This document shows, one piece after another, positions 28,086 through 42,900 of a stretch of DNA of 64,000 nt (its first letter is position 1; the number at the start of each line of letters is the position of its first letter). The notes beneath the pieces were generated by a model. It was not told where the DNA came from and ran no database searches. It was given only the letters and a program-made list of their open reading frames with translations. Source of the stretch: the human T2T-CHM13v2.0 reference genome, Homo sapiens; assembly GCF_009914755.1 (NCBI RefSeq), contig NC_060940.1; one strand, given 5' to 3'. Made by a program: the position numbers and the translations under genes.

Positions 28086-31000
28086 TCAACGATGATTTGA
28101 TTCGTGTCCATTCGATGATTCCATTTGATTCCACTTGATGATGATTCCATTCGAGTCCATTTGATGATTCCATTCAATTCCATACTCCGATGATTTCTTT
28201 TGAGCCCACTCAATGCTTCCACTCGATTCCATATGATGATGACTCCATTCGATGAAATTCGATGATGATTCCATTCGCTTGCTTTCGATGATGATTCCAC
28301 TTGAGTCCGTTAGAAGATTCTATTCAATTACATTCCATGACGATTCCGTTCGAGTCCATTTGATGATTCCATTAGACTCCATTCGACGATGATTCCATTC
28401 GATGTTATTCCATGATTCCATTCGATCTCATTCGATGATGATTCCATTCAACTCCATTCGATGTTTCCATTCGAGTTCATTCTATTATTCCATTAGATTC
28501 CATTCGATGATGATTCCATTCGATTCCATTTGATGATTGCATTCTATTTCATTTGATGATGATTCCATTCGAGTCCACTCGATGATTCCATTCGAGTCCA
28601 TTTAATGAATCCATTGGTTTCAATTCTATGATGATTACATTGGATTCCATTCGTTGATGATTTCATTCGGTTCCATTCAATGATGATTCCATTCCTTTCC
28701 ATTCAATGATTCCATTCGATTCCGTTTGATGATGATTTCATTCGAGTCCATTTGATGATTCCATTTGATTCCATTCGATGATGATTCCATTCGAGTCCAT
28801 TCGATGATTCTATTCGAATCCATTTGATGATTTCTTTTGATTATATTTGGTGATGATTCCATTGGAGTCCATTCAATGATTCCATTCTATTCCAATCGAT
28901 GATGATTCCATTAGAGCCCATTTAATGATTCCATTTGATTCCAGTCTCTGATGATTACATTCGAGTCCATACGATGATTCCACTCAATTCCATATGATGA
29001 TGATTCCATTTGATTCCATTCGGTGATTCCATTCTATTCTATTCAATGGTGATTCCATTCGAGTACATTAGATGATTCCATTCGATTCCATTCAATGATG
29101 ATTCTATTTGTGTCCCTTAGATGATTCCACATGATTCCATTAGATGATGATACTATTTGAGCCCATCCAATGATTCCCTTCGATTCCATTCGATGAGGAT
29201 TCCATTCGATTCAATTCATTGGTGATTCTATTCAATTCAATTCTTTGATTCCATTCCATTCCATTCGACAATGATTCCATTCGATTTCTTTCGATGATTC
29301 CACTCGATTCCACTTGACACTGATTCCATTCGATTCCATTCAATGATTCCATTTGATTCCAGTGGATGATGATTGCCATCGATTCCATTCGATCACTCCA
29401 TTCTATTCCATTTGATGATGATTACATTCGATTCCATTTGATGATTCCATCTGATTCTATTCGAGGATTCCATTTGATTCCATTCGATGATGATTCCATT
29501 CGAGTCCATTCGATGATTTCATTCGAGTACATCCAATGATTCCATTCGAGTCCATTAGATGATTCCATTTGATTCCATTTGAAAATGATTCTACTAGAGT
29601 CCATTCAATGACTCCATTCGATTCCATTCAACAATTCCATTCGACTCCATTCGATGATTCCATTCGATTCCATTTGATGGTTCCATTCGAGTCCATTTAA
29701 TCATTACAGTCGAGTCCATTTGGTGATTCCACTGGATTTCTTTTGATAATGATACCATTCAATTACATTTGATGATGATCCCATTCAATTTCATTTGATG
29801 ATGATTCCATTAGAGTCCATTCGATGATTTCATTCGAGTCCCTTCATTGATTCCATCCGATTTCATTGGATGATGACTCCATTCGAGTCCATTCGATGAT
29901 TCCACTCGATTCCATTAGATGACTCCATTGGAGTCCATTTGATTGTTCCATTCGATTCCATTCGATTCCTTTCGAAGATTATTCCATTTGAGTCCATTCG
30001 ATGATGATTCCATTCCATTCCATTCGATGATTCCGTTTGATTCCATTCGATGATTCCCTTCGATTCCTTTCTTTGATGATTCCATTCCATTCCATTCAAT
30101 GATTCCATTCGAATCTATTCCATGATGATTCCTTTCGATTCCATTCGCTGATGTTTCCGTTCAATTCCATTCGATGATGATTCCATTCGATTCCATTCAT
30201 TGAGGATTCCATTTGATTCCATTCAATGATGATTCCATTCTATTCCATTCAATGATTGCATTCAATTCCATTCAATGATTATCCCCTTAGAGTAAACTCA
30301 ACGATTCCATTCAATACCATTCGATGATGATTCCTTTTGAGTCCATTCAATGATTTCATTCAAGTCCATTTGATGATTCCTTTCAATTCCATTCTATGAT
30401 GATTCCATTCGAGTCCATTCGATGATTCCATTCGATTGCATTCGATGATTCCATTATATTCCAGTCAACGATGATTCCATTCGAGTCCATTCGATGATTC
30501 CATTAGAGTACATTTAATGATTGCTTTGTTTTCAATTCGAAGATGATTACATTGGATTCCATTCTATGATACCATTCGATTCCATTCAATGATGATTCCA
30601 CTCAAATCCATTGGATGATTCCATTCGTGTCCATTCGGTGATTTCATTAGATTCCATTCGAGGATGATTCCATTCGATTCCATTCGATGATTCCATTCAA
30701 TTCCATTCGATGATGATTCCATTCCAGTCCATATGATCATTCCATTTGATTTCATTCGATGATGATTCCATTCGATTCCATTCGATGATTCCATTCTATT
30801 CCATTCGATGATGATTCCATTCGAGTCCATTCGATGATTCCATTCGAGTCCATTTAATGATTCCATTGAGTTCAATTCAATGATGATTACATTGGATTCC
30901 GTTCTATGATTCCCTTCAATTCCGTTCATTGACAATTTGATTCCATTCGATGATGATTCCATTTGAGTTCATTCTATGATTCTATTCGATTCTCTTCGAT

Positions 31001-33823
31001 GGTGATTCAATTCTATTATATTGGATGATTCCATTCGATTCCATTTGATGTTGATTCAATTCGATTCTATTCGATGATGATTCCATTGGATTTCACTTGA
31101 TGATTCTATTCGATTCCATTCAATGATGATTCACTTCTCGTCCATTGGATGATTCCATTTCATTCCATTCGATGATGATTCCATTCGATTCCATTCGATG
31201 ATTCCATTTGATTCCATGCGACGGTGAGCAATTCGATTCAATTCCATGATGATTCTATTTGATTCAATTAGATGATGTTTCCATTCGAATCCATTCCATG
31301 ATTATTCCATTGGAATCCATTCGGCGATGATTCCATATGAGTCAATTCAATGATGATTCCATATGGGTCCGTTCGATGATAATTCCATTTGATTTCATTC
31401 GATGCTTCTATTCTATTCCAGTCGATGATGATTCCGTTGGAGTCCATACGATGATTCCATTTGATTTCATTTGATGATGATTCCATTCGATGATGATTAC
31501 ATTGGATTCCATTCTATGATTCCATTCAATTCCATTCGTTGATGATTCGATTCCATTCAATGATGATTCCATTTGAGTTCATTCGATGATTCTATTCGAT
31601 TCCGTTCGATGGTGATTCAATTCTATTATATTGGATGATTCCACTCGATTCCATTTGATGATTATTCCATTGGAGTCCACTTAGTGAATCCTTTAGATTC
31701 TACTCGACGATGATTCCATTCGAGTCCATTCGATGATACCATTCAATTCCATTCGTTGATGCTTCCATTCAAGTGCATTCGATGATATCATTCGATTCCA
31801 TTTGATGATAATTCCATTTGATTCCATGCGATGATTCTATTCGATTCCATTCAATGATAATTCCATTCAATTCAGTGATTCCTCTGGACTCCATTTGATG
31901 ATGATTCCATTCAATGATTCCATTCGATTCTATTCGAAAATGATTCCATTTGAATCCATTTGATGATGATTCCATTAGATTCCATTTGATGATTCCATTC
32001 GATTCCATTCGACGATGATTCCATTCGATTCCGTTTGATGATTCCATTCTATTCTATTCGATGATGATTCCATTCGATTCCATTCGATGATGATTGGATT
32101 CGATTCCATTTGATGATTTCATTTGATTCCATTCGTTAATGATTTCGATCAATTCCATTCGATGATTCCATTCGATTCCATTCGATAATGATTACATCCG
32201 AGTCCATTCGATGATTCCCTTTGAGCCTGTTCGATAATTCCATTTGAGTCCAACCAATGATTCCATTCATTTCCATTCAATGATTCCATTCGAGTCCATT
32301 TGATCATTCCGGTAGGGTCCATTCGATGTTGATTCCATTGGAGTGCATTCGATGATTCCATTCGAGTCCATTTTAGGATTTGATTCGAGTCCTTTCGATG
32401 ATTCCATTCGATTCCACTCGATGATGATTTCATTCGAGTCCATTCGACACGTCCAATCGATTCCATTTGATGATTCCATTCGAGTCCAATTGATGATTCC
32501 ATTCAATTCCATTCGATGATGATTCCGTACGATTCCATTCTGTGATGATTCCATGTGATTGCATTCAATGATGATTCCTTTCGATTGCATTCGATTATGA
32601 TTCATTTCGTGTTCATTCTATGGTTCCACAGGTTTCCATTCGTGTCCATTCCATTATTCCATTCTATTCCATTTGATGATGATTCCATTCGATTCCATTC
32701 ATTGGTGATTCCACTCAATTCCATTCAATGATTCCATTCCATTTCTTTCAACAATGATTCCATTAGTTTCTAATCGATGATCCACTTGATTCCATTTGAC
32801 GACGATTCCATTCTTGTCAATTCGATGATTCCATTTGATTCCATATGATGATGATTCCATTCGATTCCATACCATGATGATTCCATTCGAGTCCATTCAA
32901 TGGTGATTCCATTCAATTCCATTCGATGATTCCTTTCGATTCCATTCGATGATGATGGCATTCGATTCCTTTCAATCATTCCCTTTGATTCCATTCAAAG
33001 GTGATTTCATTCAAGTCCATTCGATAATTGCATTCGATTCCATTCTATGATGATTCCATTCGAGTCCATTTGATGATTCCATTCAATTCAAGTCAATGAT
33101 GATTCCATTCGATTCCATTCGATGATTCCATTGGATTCCATTCGATGATGATTCCATTCAAATCCATTCGATAATTCAATTCAAGTCCATTCGATGATGA
33201 TTCCAATCGAATCCATTCAAAGATTCCATTCAGTTCCATTCGATGATTCCCTTAGATTCCATTCGATGATTCCACTTGATTGCATTTACGATGATTCCAT
33301 TCGATTCCATGTGATGATGCCATTCAATTCTATTCAATGATGTCTCCATTTGATTCCATTCGACCATGATTGCCTTTGATTCCATTCAATGATTCCATTC
33401 GGTTCCGTTTGATGATGATTCCGTTCGATTCCATTTGATGATTCCATTTGATTCCATTGGATGAGTCCATTCGATTACATTCGATGATTATTCCATTCGA
33501 GTGCATTAGATGATTCCATTCGAGTCCATTCGATGATTCCATTCGATTCCATTCGATGTTGATTCTGTTCAAATCCATTCGATGATTCCACTCGATTCCA
33601 TTCGTTGACTCCATTTGATCCCATTCGATGATTTCCTTTGATTCCCTTTGATGATCATTCCATTTGATTCAATTCGGTGATTTCATTTGATTCCATTCAG
33701 TGATGTTTCCATTCGACTCCATTCGATGATGATTCCATTCGACTCCATTCGATTATGATTTCATTCAATTCCATTCGATAATGATTCCCTTCGAGTCCAT
33801 TCGATGATTCCATTCGATTCCAT
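28086..33823 (+). repeat. Unit U6, 5,738 bp (374 bp deletion, junction ~28680)
   Basis: Offset to U1 steps 28075 -> 27701. The gacagtgagcc/ctagccc/gtcgatttgg segment is absent. Confidence 0.9.
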
Positions 33824-36800
33824 TCAACGATGATTTGATTCGTGTCCATTCGATGATTCCATTTGATTCCACTTGATGATGATTCCATTCGAGTCCATTT
33901 GATGATTCCATTCAATTCCATACTCCGATGATTTCTTTTGAGCCCACTCAATGCTTCCACTCGATTCCATATGATGATGACTCCATTCGATGAAATTCGA
34001 TGATGATTCCATTCGCTTGCTTTCGATGATGATTCCACTTGAGTCCGTTAGAAGATTCTATTCAATTACATTCCATGATGATTCCGTTCGAGTCCATTTG
34101 ATGATTCCATTAGACTCCATTCGACGATGATTCCATTCGATGTTATTCGATGATTCCATTCGATCTCATTCGATGATGATTCCATTCAACTCCATTCGAT
34201 GTTTCCATTCGAGTTCATTCTATTATTCCATTAGATTCCATTCGATGATGATTCCATTCGATTCCATTTGATGATTGCATTCTATTTCATTTGATGATGA
34301 TTCCATTCGAGTCCACTCGATGATTCCATTCGAGTCCATTTAATGAATCCATTGGTTTCAATTCTATGATGATTACATTGGATTCCATTCGTTGATGATT
34401 TCATTCGGTTCCATTCAATGATGATTCCATTCAATTCCTTTCAATGTTTCCATTCAATTCCATACGATGATGATTCCATTTGATTTGATTCGACAGTGAG
34501 CCATTCGATTCAATCCCATGATGATTCTATTTGATTCAATTGGTTGACATTTCCATTCGATTCCATTCGATGATGATTCCCTTTGATTCCGTTCAAAGAT
34601 GATTCCATTCTAGCCCATTCAATCATTCCATTCGATTCTATTCAATGATGATTCCATTCATGTCGATTTGGTGATTCCATTTGACTTCATTTGATGATGA
34701 TTCCTTTCAAGTTCATTAGATGATTCCATTCGATTCCATTTGATGATGATCCCATTCGAGTCCATTCAGTGATTCCATTCGTTTCCATTCCATGATGATT
34801 CCATTCCTTTCCATTCAATGATTCCATTCGATTCCGTTTGATGATGATTTCATTCGAGTCCATTTGATGATTCCATTTGATTCCATTCGATGATGATTCC
34901 ATTCGAGTCCATTCGATGATTCTATTCGAATCCATTTGATGATTTCTTTTGATTATATTTGGTGATGATTCCATTGGAGTCCATTCAATGATTCCATTCT
35001 ATTCCAATCGATGATGATTCCATTAGAGTCCATTTAATGATTCCATTTGATTCCAGTCTCTGATGATTACATTCGAGTCCATACGATGATTCCACTCAAT
35101 TCCATATGATGATGATTCCATTTGATTCCATTCGGTGATTCCATTCTATTCTATTCAATGGTGATTCCATTCGAGTACATTAGATGATTCCATTCGATTC
35201 CATTCAATGATGATTCTATTTGTGTCCCTTAGATGATTCCACATGATTCCATTAGATGATGATACTATTTGAGCCCATCCAATGATTCCCTTCGTTTCCA
35301 TTCGATGAGGATTCCATTCGATTCAATTCATTGGTGATTCTATTCAATTCAATTCTTTGATTCCATTCCATTCCATTCGACAATGATTCCATTCGATTTC
35401 TTTCGATGATTCCACTCGATTCCACTTGACATTGATTCCATTCGATTCCATTCAATGATTCCATTTGATTCCAGTGGATGATGATTGCCATCGATTCCAT
35501 TCGATCACTCCATTCTATTCCATTTGATGATGATTACATTCGATTCCATTTGATGATTCCATCTGATTCTATTCGAGGATTCCATTTGATTCCATTCGAT
35601 GATGATTCCATTCGAGTCCATTCGATGATTTCATTCGAGTACATCCAATGATTCCATTCGAGTCCATTTGATGATTCCATTTGATTCCATTTGAAAATGT
35701 TTCTACTAGAGTCCATTCAATGACTCCATTCGAGTCCATTCAACAATTCCATTCGACTCCATTCGATGATTCCATTCGATTCTATTTGATGGTTCCATTC
35801 GAGTCCATTTAATCATTACAGTCGAGTCCATTTGGTGATTCCACTGGATTTCTTTTGATAATGATACCATTCAATTACATTTGATGATGATCCCATTCAA
35901 TTTCATTTGATGATGATTCCATTAGAGTCCATTCGATGATTTCATTCGAGTCCCTTCATTGATTCCATCCAATTTCATTGGATGATGACTCCATTCGAGT
36001 CCATTCGATGATTCCACTCGATTCCATTAGATGACTCCATTGGAGTCCATTTGATTGTTCCATTCGATTCCATTCGATTCCTTTCGAAGATTATTCCATT
36101 TGAGTCCATTCGATGATGATTCCATTCCATTCCATTCGATGATTCCGTTTGATTCCATTCGATGATTCCCTTCGATTCCTTTCTTTGATGATTCCATTCC
36201 ATTCCATTCAATGATTCCATTCGAATCTATTCCATGATGATTCCTTTCGATTCCATTCGCTGATGTTTCCGTTCAATTCCATTCGATGATGATTCCATTC
36301 GATTCCATTCATTGAGGATTCCATTTGATTCCATTCAATGATGATTCCATTCTATTCCATTCAATGATTGCATTCAATTCCATTCAATGATTATCCCATT
36401 AGAGTAAACTCAACGATTCCATTCAATACCATTCGATGATGATTCCTTTTGAGTCCATTCAATGATTTCATTCAAGTCCATTTGATGATTCCTTTCAATT
36501 ACATTCTATGATGATTCCATTCGAGTCCATTCGATGATTCCATTCGATTGCATTCGATGATTCCATTATATTCCAGTCAACGATGATTCCATTCGAGTCC
36601 ATTCGATGATTCCATTAGAGTACATTTAATGATTGCTTTGTTTTCAATTCGAAGATGATTACATTGGATTCCATTCTATGATACCATTCGATTCCATTCA
36701 ATGATGATTCCACTCAAATCCATTGGATGATTCCATTCGTGTCCATTCGGTGATTTCATTAGATTCCATTCGAGGATGATTCCATTCGATTCCATTCGAT

Positions 36801-39800
36801 GATTCCATTCAATTCCATTCGATGATGATTCCATTCCAGTCCATATGATCATTCCATTTGATTTCATTCGATGATGATTCCATTCAATTCGATTCGACGA
36901 TTCCATTCTATTCCATTCGATGATGATTCCATTCGAGTCCATTCGATGACTCCATTCGAGTCCATTTAATGATTCCATTGGGTTCAATTCAATGATGATT
37001 ACATTGGATTCCGTTCTATGATTCCATTCAATTCCGTTCATTGACAATTTGATTCCATTCGATGATGATTCCATTTGAGTTCATTCGATGATTCTATTCG
37101 ATTCTCTTCGATGGTGATTCAATTCTATTATATTGGATGATTCCATTCGATTCCATTTGATGTTGATTCAATTCGATTCTATTCGATGATGATTCCATTG
37201 GATTTCACTTGATGATTCTATTCGATTCCATTCAATGATGATTCACTTCTCGTCCATTGGATGATTCCATTTCATTCCATTCGATGATGATTCCATTCGA
37301 TTCCATTCGATGATTCCATTTGATTCCATGCGACGGTGAGCAATTCGATTCAATTCCATGATGATTCTATTTGATTCAATTAGATGATGTTTCCATTCGA
37401 ATCCATTCCATGATTATTCCATTGGAATCCATTCGGCGATGATTCCATATGAGTCAATTCAATGATGATTCCATATGGGTCCGTTCGATGATAATTCCAT
37501 TTGATTTCATTCGATGCTTCTATTCTATTCCAGTCGATGATGATTCCGTTGGAGTCCATACGATGATTCCATTTGATTTCATTTGATGATGATTCCATTC
37601 GATGATGATTACATTGGATTCCATTCTATGATTCCATTCAATTCCATTCGTTGATGATTCGATTCCATTCAATGATGATTCCATTTGAGTTCATTCGATG
37701 ATTCTATTCGATTCCGTTCGATGGTGATTCAATTCTATTATATTGGATGATTCCACTCGATTCCATTTGATGATTATTCCATTGGAGTCCACTTAGTGAA
37801 TCCTTTAGATTCTACTCGACGATGATTCCATTCGAGTCCATTCGATGATACCATTCAATTCCATTCGTTGATGCTTCCATTCAAGTGCATTCGATGATAT
37901 CATTCGATTCCATTTGATGATAATTCCATTTGATTCCGTGCGATGATTCTATTCGATTCCATTCAATGATAATTCCATTCAATTCAGTGATTCCTCTGGA
38001 CTCCATTTGATGATGATTCCATTCAATGATTCCATTCGATTCTATTCGAAAATGATTCCATTTGAATCCATTTGATGATGATTCCATTAGATTCCATTTG
38101 ATGATTCCATTCGATTCCATTCGACGATGATTCCATTCGATTCCGTTTGATGATTCCATTCTATTCTATTCGATGATGATTCCATTCGATTCCATTCGAT
38201 GATGATTGGATTCGATTCCATTTGATGATTTCATTTGATTCCATTCGTTAATGATTTCGATCAATTCCATTCGATGATTCCATTCGATTCCATTCGATAA
38301 TGATTACATCCGAGTCCATTCGATGATTCCCTTTGAGCCTGTTCGATAATTCCATTTGAGTCCAACCAATGATTCCATTCATTTCCATTCAATGATTCCA
38401 TTCGAGTCCATTTGATCATTCCGGTAGGGTCCATTCGATGTTGATTCCATTGGAGTGCATTCGATGATTCCATTCGAGTCCATTTTAGGATTTGATTCGA
38501 GTCCTTTCGATGATTCCATTCGATTCCACTCGATGATGATTTCATTCGAGTCCATTCGACACTTCCAATCGATTCCATTTGATGATTCCATTCGAGTCCA
38601 ATTGATGATTCCATTCAATTCCATTCGATGATGATTCCGTACGATTCCATTCTGTGATGATTCCATGTGATTGCATTCAATGATGATTCCTTTCGATTGC
38701 ATTCGATTATGATTCATTTCGTGTTCATTCTATGGTTCCACAGGTTTCCATTCGTGTCCATTCCATTATTCCATTCTATTCCATTTGATGATGATTCCAT
38801 TCGATTCCATTCATTGGTGATTCCACTCAATTCCATTCAATGATTCCATTCCATTTCTTTCAACAATGATTCCATTAGTTTCTAATCGATGATCCACTTG
38901 ATTCCATTTGACGACGATTCCATTCTTGTCCATTCGATGATTCCATTTGATTCCATATGATGATGATTCCATTCGATTCCATACCATGATGATTCCATTC
39001 GAGTCCATTCAATGGTGATTCCATTCAATTCCATTCGATGATTCCTTTTGATTCCATTCGATGATGATGGCATTCGATTCCTTTCAATCATTCCCTTTGA
39101 TTCCATTCAAAGGTGATTTCATTCAAGTCCATTCGATAATTGCATTCGATTCCATTCTATGATGATTCCATTCGAGTCCATTTGATGATTCCATTCAATT
39201 CAAGTCAATGATGATTCCATTCGATTCCATTCGATGATTCCATTGGATTCCATTCGATGATGATTCCATTCAAATCCATTCGATAATTCAATTCAAGTCC
39301 ATTCGATGATGATTCCAATCGAATCCATTCAAAGATTCCATTCAGTTCCATTCGATGATTCCCTTAGATTCCATTCGATGATTCCACTTGATTGCATTTA
39401 CGATGATTCCATTCGATTCCATGTGATGATTCCATTCAATTCTATTCAATGATGTCTCCATTTGATTCCATTCGACCATGATTGCCTTTGATTCCATTCA
39501 ATGATTCCATTCGGTTCCGTTTGATGATGATTCCGTTCGATTCCATTTGATGATTCCATTTGATTCCATTGGATGAGTCCATTCGATTACATTCGATGAT
39601 TATTCCATTCGAGTGCATTAGATGATTCCATTCGAGTCCATTCGATGATTCCATTCGATTCCATTCGATGTTGATTCTGTTCAAATCCATTCGATGATTC
39701 CACTCGATTCCATTCGTTGACTCCATTTGATCCCATTCGATGATTTCCTTTGATTCCCTTTGATGATCATTCCATTTGATTCAATTCGGTGATTTCATTT

Positions 39801-39935
39801 GATTCCATTCAGTGATGTTTCCATTCGACTCCATTCGATGATGATTCCATTCGACTCCATTCGATTATGATTTCATTCAATTCCATTCGATAATGATTCC
39901 CTTCGAGTCCATTCGATGATTCCATTCGATTCCAT
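33824..39935 (+). repeat. Unit U7, full length 6,112 bp
   Basis: Constant offset of 33813 to U1 across all landmark ORFs. Confidence 0.92.
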
Positions 39936-42900
39936 TCAACGATGATTTGATTCGTGTCCATTCGATGATTCCATTTGATTCCACTTGATGATGATTCCAT
40001 TCGAGTCCATTTGATGATTCCATTCAATTCCATACTCCGATGATTTCTTTTGAGCCCACTCAATGCTTCCACTCGATTCCATATGATGATGACTCCATTC
40101 GATGAAATTCGATGATGATTCCATTCGCTTGCGTTCGATGATGATTCCACTTGAGTCCGTTAGAAGATTCTATTCAATTACATTCCAGGACGATTCCGTT
40201 CGAGTCCATTTGATGATTCCATTAGACTCCATTCGACGATGATTCCATTCGATGTTATTCGATGATTCCATTCGATCTCATTCGATGATGATTCCATTCA
40301 ACTCCATTCGATGTTTCCATTCGAGTTCATTCTATTATTCCATTAGATTCCATTCGATGATGATTCCATTCGATTCCATTTGATGATTGCATTCTATTTC
40401 ATTTGATGATGATTCCATTCGAGTCCACTCGATGATTCCATTCGAGTCCATTTAATGAATCCATTGGTTTCAATTCTATGATGATTACATTGGATTCCAT
40501 TCGTTGATGATTTCATTCGGTTCCATTCCATGATGATTCCATTCCTTTCCATTCAATGATTCCATTCGATTCCGTTTGATGATGATTTCATTCGAGTCCA
40601 TTTGATGATTCCATTTGATTCCATTCGATGATGATTCCATTCGAGTCCATTCGATGATTCTATTCGAATCCATTTGATGATTTCTTTTGATTATATTTGG
40701 TGATGATTCCATTGGAGTCCATTCAATGATTCCATTCTATTCCAATCGATGATGATTCCATTAGAGTCCATTTAATGATTCCATTTGATTCCAGTCTCTG
40801 ATGATTACATTCGAGTCCATACGATGATTCCACTCAATTCCATATGATGATGATTCCATTTGATTCCATTCGGTGATTCCATTCTATTCTATTCAATGGT
40901 GATTCCATTCGAGTACATTAGATGATTCCATTCGATTCCATTCAATGATGATTCTATTTGTGTCCCTTAGATGATTCCACATGATTCCATTAGATGATGA
41001 TACTATTTGAGCCCATCCAATGATTCCCTTCGTTTCCATTCGATGAGGATTCCATTCGATTCAATTCATTGGTGATTCTATTCAATTCAATTCTTTGATT
41101 CCATTCCATTCCATTCGACAATGATTCCATTCGATTTCTTTCGATGATTCCACTCGATTCCACTTGACATTGATTCCATTCGATTCCATTCAATGATTCC
41201 ATTTGATTCCAGTGGATGATGATTGCCATCGATTCCATTCGATCACTCCATTCTATTCCATTTGATGATGATTACATTCGATTCCATTTGATGATTCCAT
41301 CTGATTCTATTCGAGGATTCCATTTGATTCCATTCGATGATGATTCCATTCGAGTCCATTCGATGATTTCATTCGAGTACATCCAATGATTCCATTCGAG
41401 TCCATTTGATGATTCCATTTGATTCCATTTGAAAATGTTTCTACTAGAGTCCATTCAATGACTCCATTCGAGTCCATTCAACAATTCCATTCGACTCCAT
41501 TCGATGATTCCATTCGATTCTATTTGATGGTTCCATTCGAGTCCATTTAATCATTACAGTCGAGTCCATTTGGTGATTCCACTGGATTTCTTTTGATAAT
41601 GATACCATTCAATTACATTTGATGATGATCCCATTCAATTTCATTTGATGATGATTCCATTAGAGTCCATTCGATGATTTCATTCGAGTCCCTTCATTGA
41701 TTCCATCCAATTTCATTGGATGATGACTCCATTCGAGTCCATTCGATGATTCCACTCGATTCCATTAGATGACTCCATTGGAGTCCATTTGATTGTTCCA
41801 TTCGATTCCATTCGATTCCTTTCGAAGATTATTCCATTTGAGTCCATTCGATGATGATTCCATTCCATTCCATTCGATGATTCCGTTTGATTCCATTCGA
41901 TGATTCCCTTCGATTCCTTTCTTTGATGATTCCATTCCATTCCATTCAATGATTCCATTCGAATCTATTCCATGATGATTCCTTTCGATTCCATTCGCTG
42001 ATGTTTCCGTTCAATTCCATTCGATGATGATTCCATTCGATTCCATTCATTGAGGATTCCATTTGATTCCATTCAATGATGATTCCATTCTATTCCATTC
42101 AATGATTGCATTCAATTCCATTCAATGATTATCCCATTAGAGTAAACTCAACGATTCCATTCAATACCATTCGATGATGATTCCTTTTGAGTCCATTCAA
42201 TGATTTCATTCAAGTCCATTTGATGATTCCTTTCAATTACATTCTATGATGATTCCATTCGAGTCCATTCGATGATTCCATTCGATTGCATTCGATGATT
42301 CCATTATATTCCAGTCAACGATGATTCCATTCGAGTCCATTCGATGATTCCATTAGAGTACATTTAATGATTGCTTTGTTTTCAATTCGAAGATGATTAC
42401 ATTGGATTCCATTCTATGATACCATTCGATTCCATTCAATGATGATTCCACTCAAATCCATTGGATGATTCCATTCGTGTCCATTCGGTGATTTCATTAG
42501 ATTCCATTCGAGGATGATTCCATTCGATTCCATTCGATGATTCCATTCAATTCCATTCGATGATGATTCCATTCCAGTCCATATGATCATTCCATTTGAT
42601 TTCATTCGATGATGATTCCATTCAATTCGATTCGACGATTCCATTCTATTCCATTCGATGATGATTCCATTCGAGTCCATTCGATGACTCCATTCGAGTC
42701 CATTTAATGATTCCATTGGGTTCAATTCAATGATGATTACATTGGATTCCGTTCTATGATTCCATTCAATTCCGTTCATTGACAATTTGATTCCATTCGA
42801 TGATGATTCCATTTGAGTTCATTCGATGATTCTATTCGATTCTCTTCGATGGTGATTCAATTCTATTATATTGGATGATTCCATTCGATTCCATTTGATG

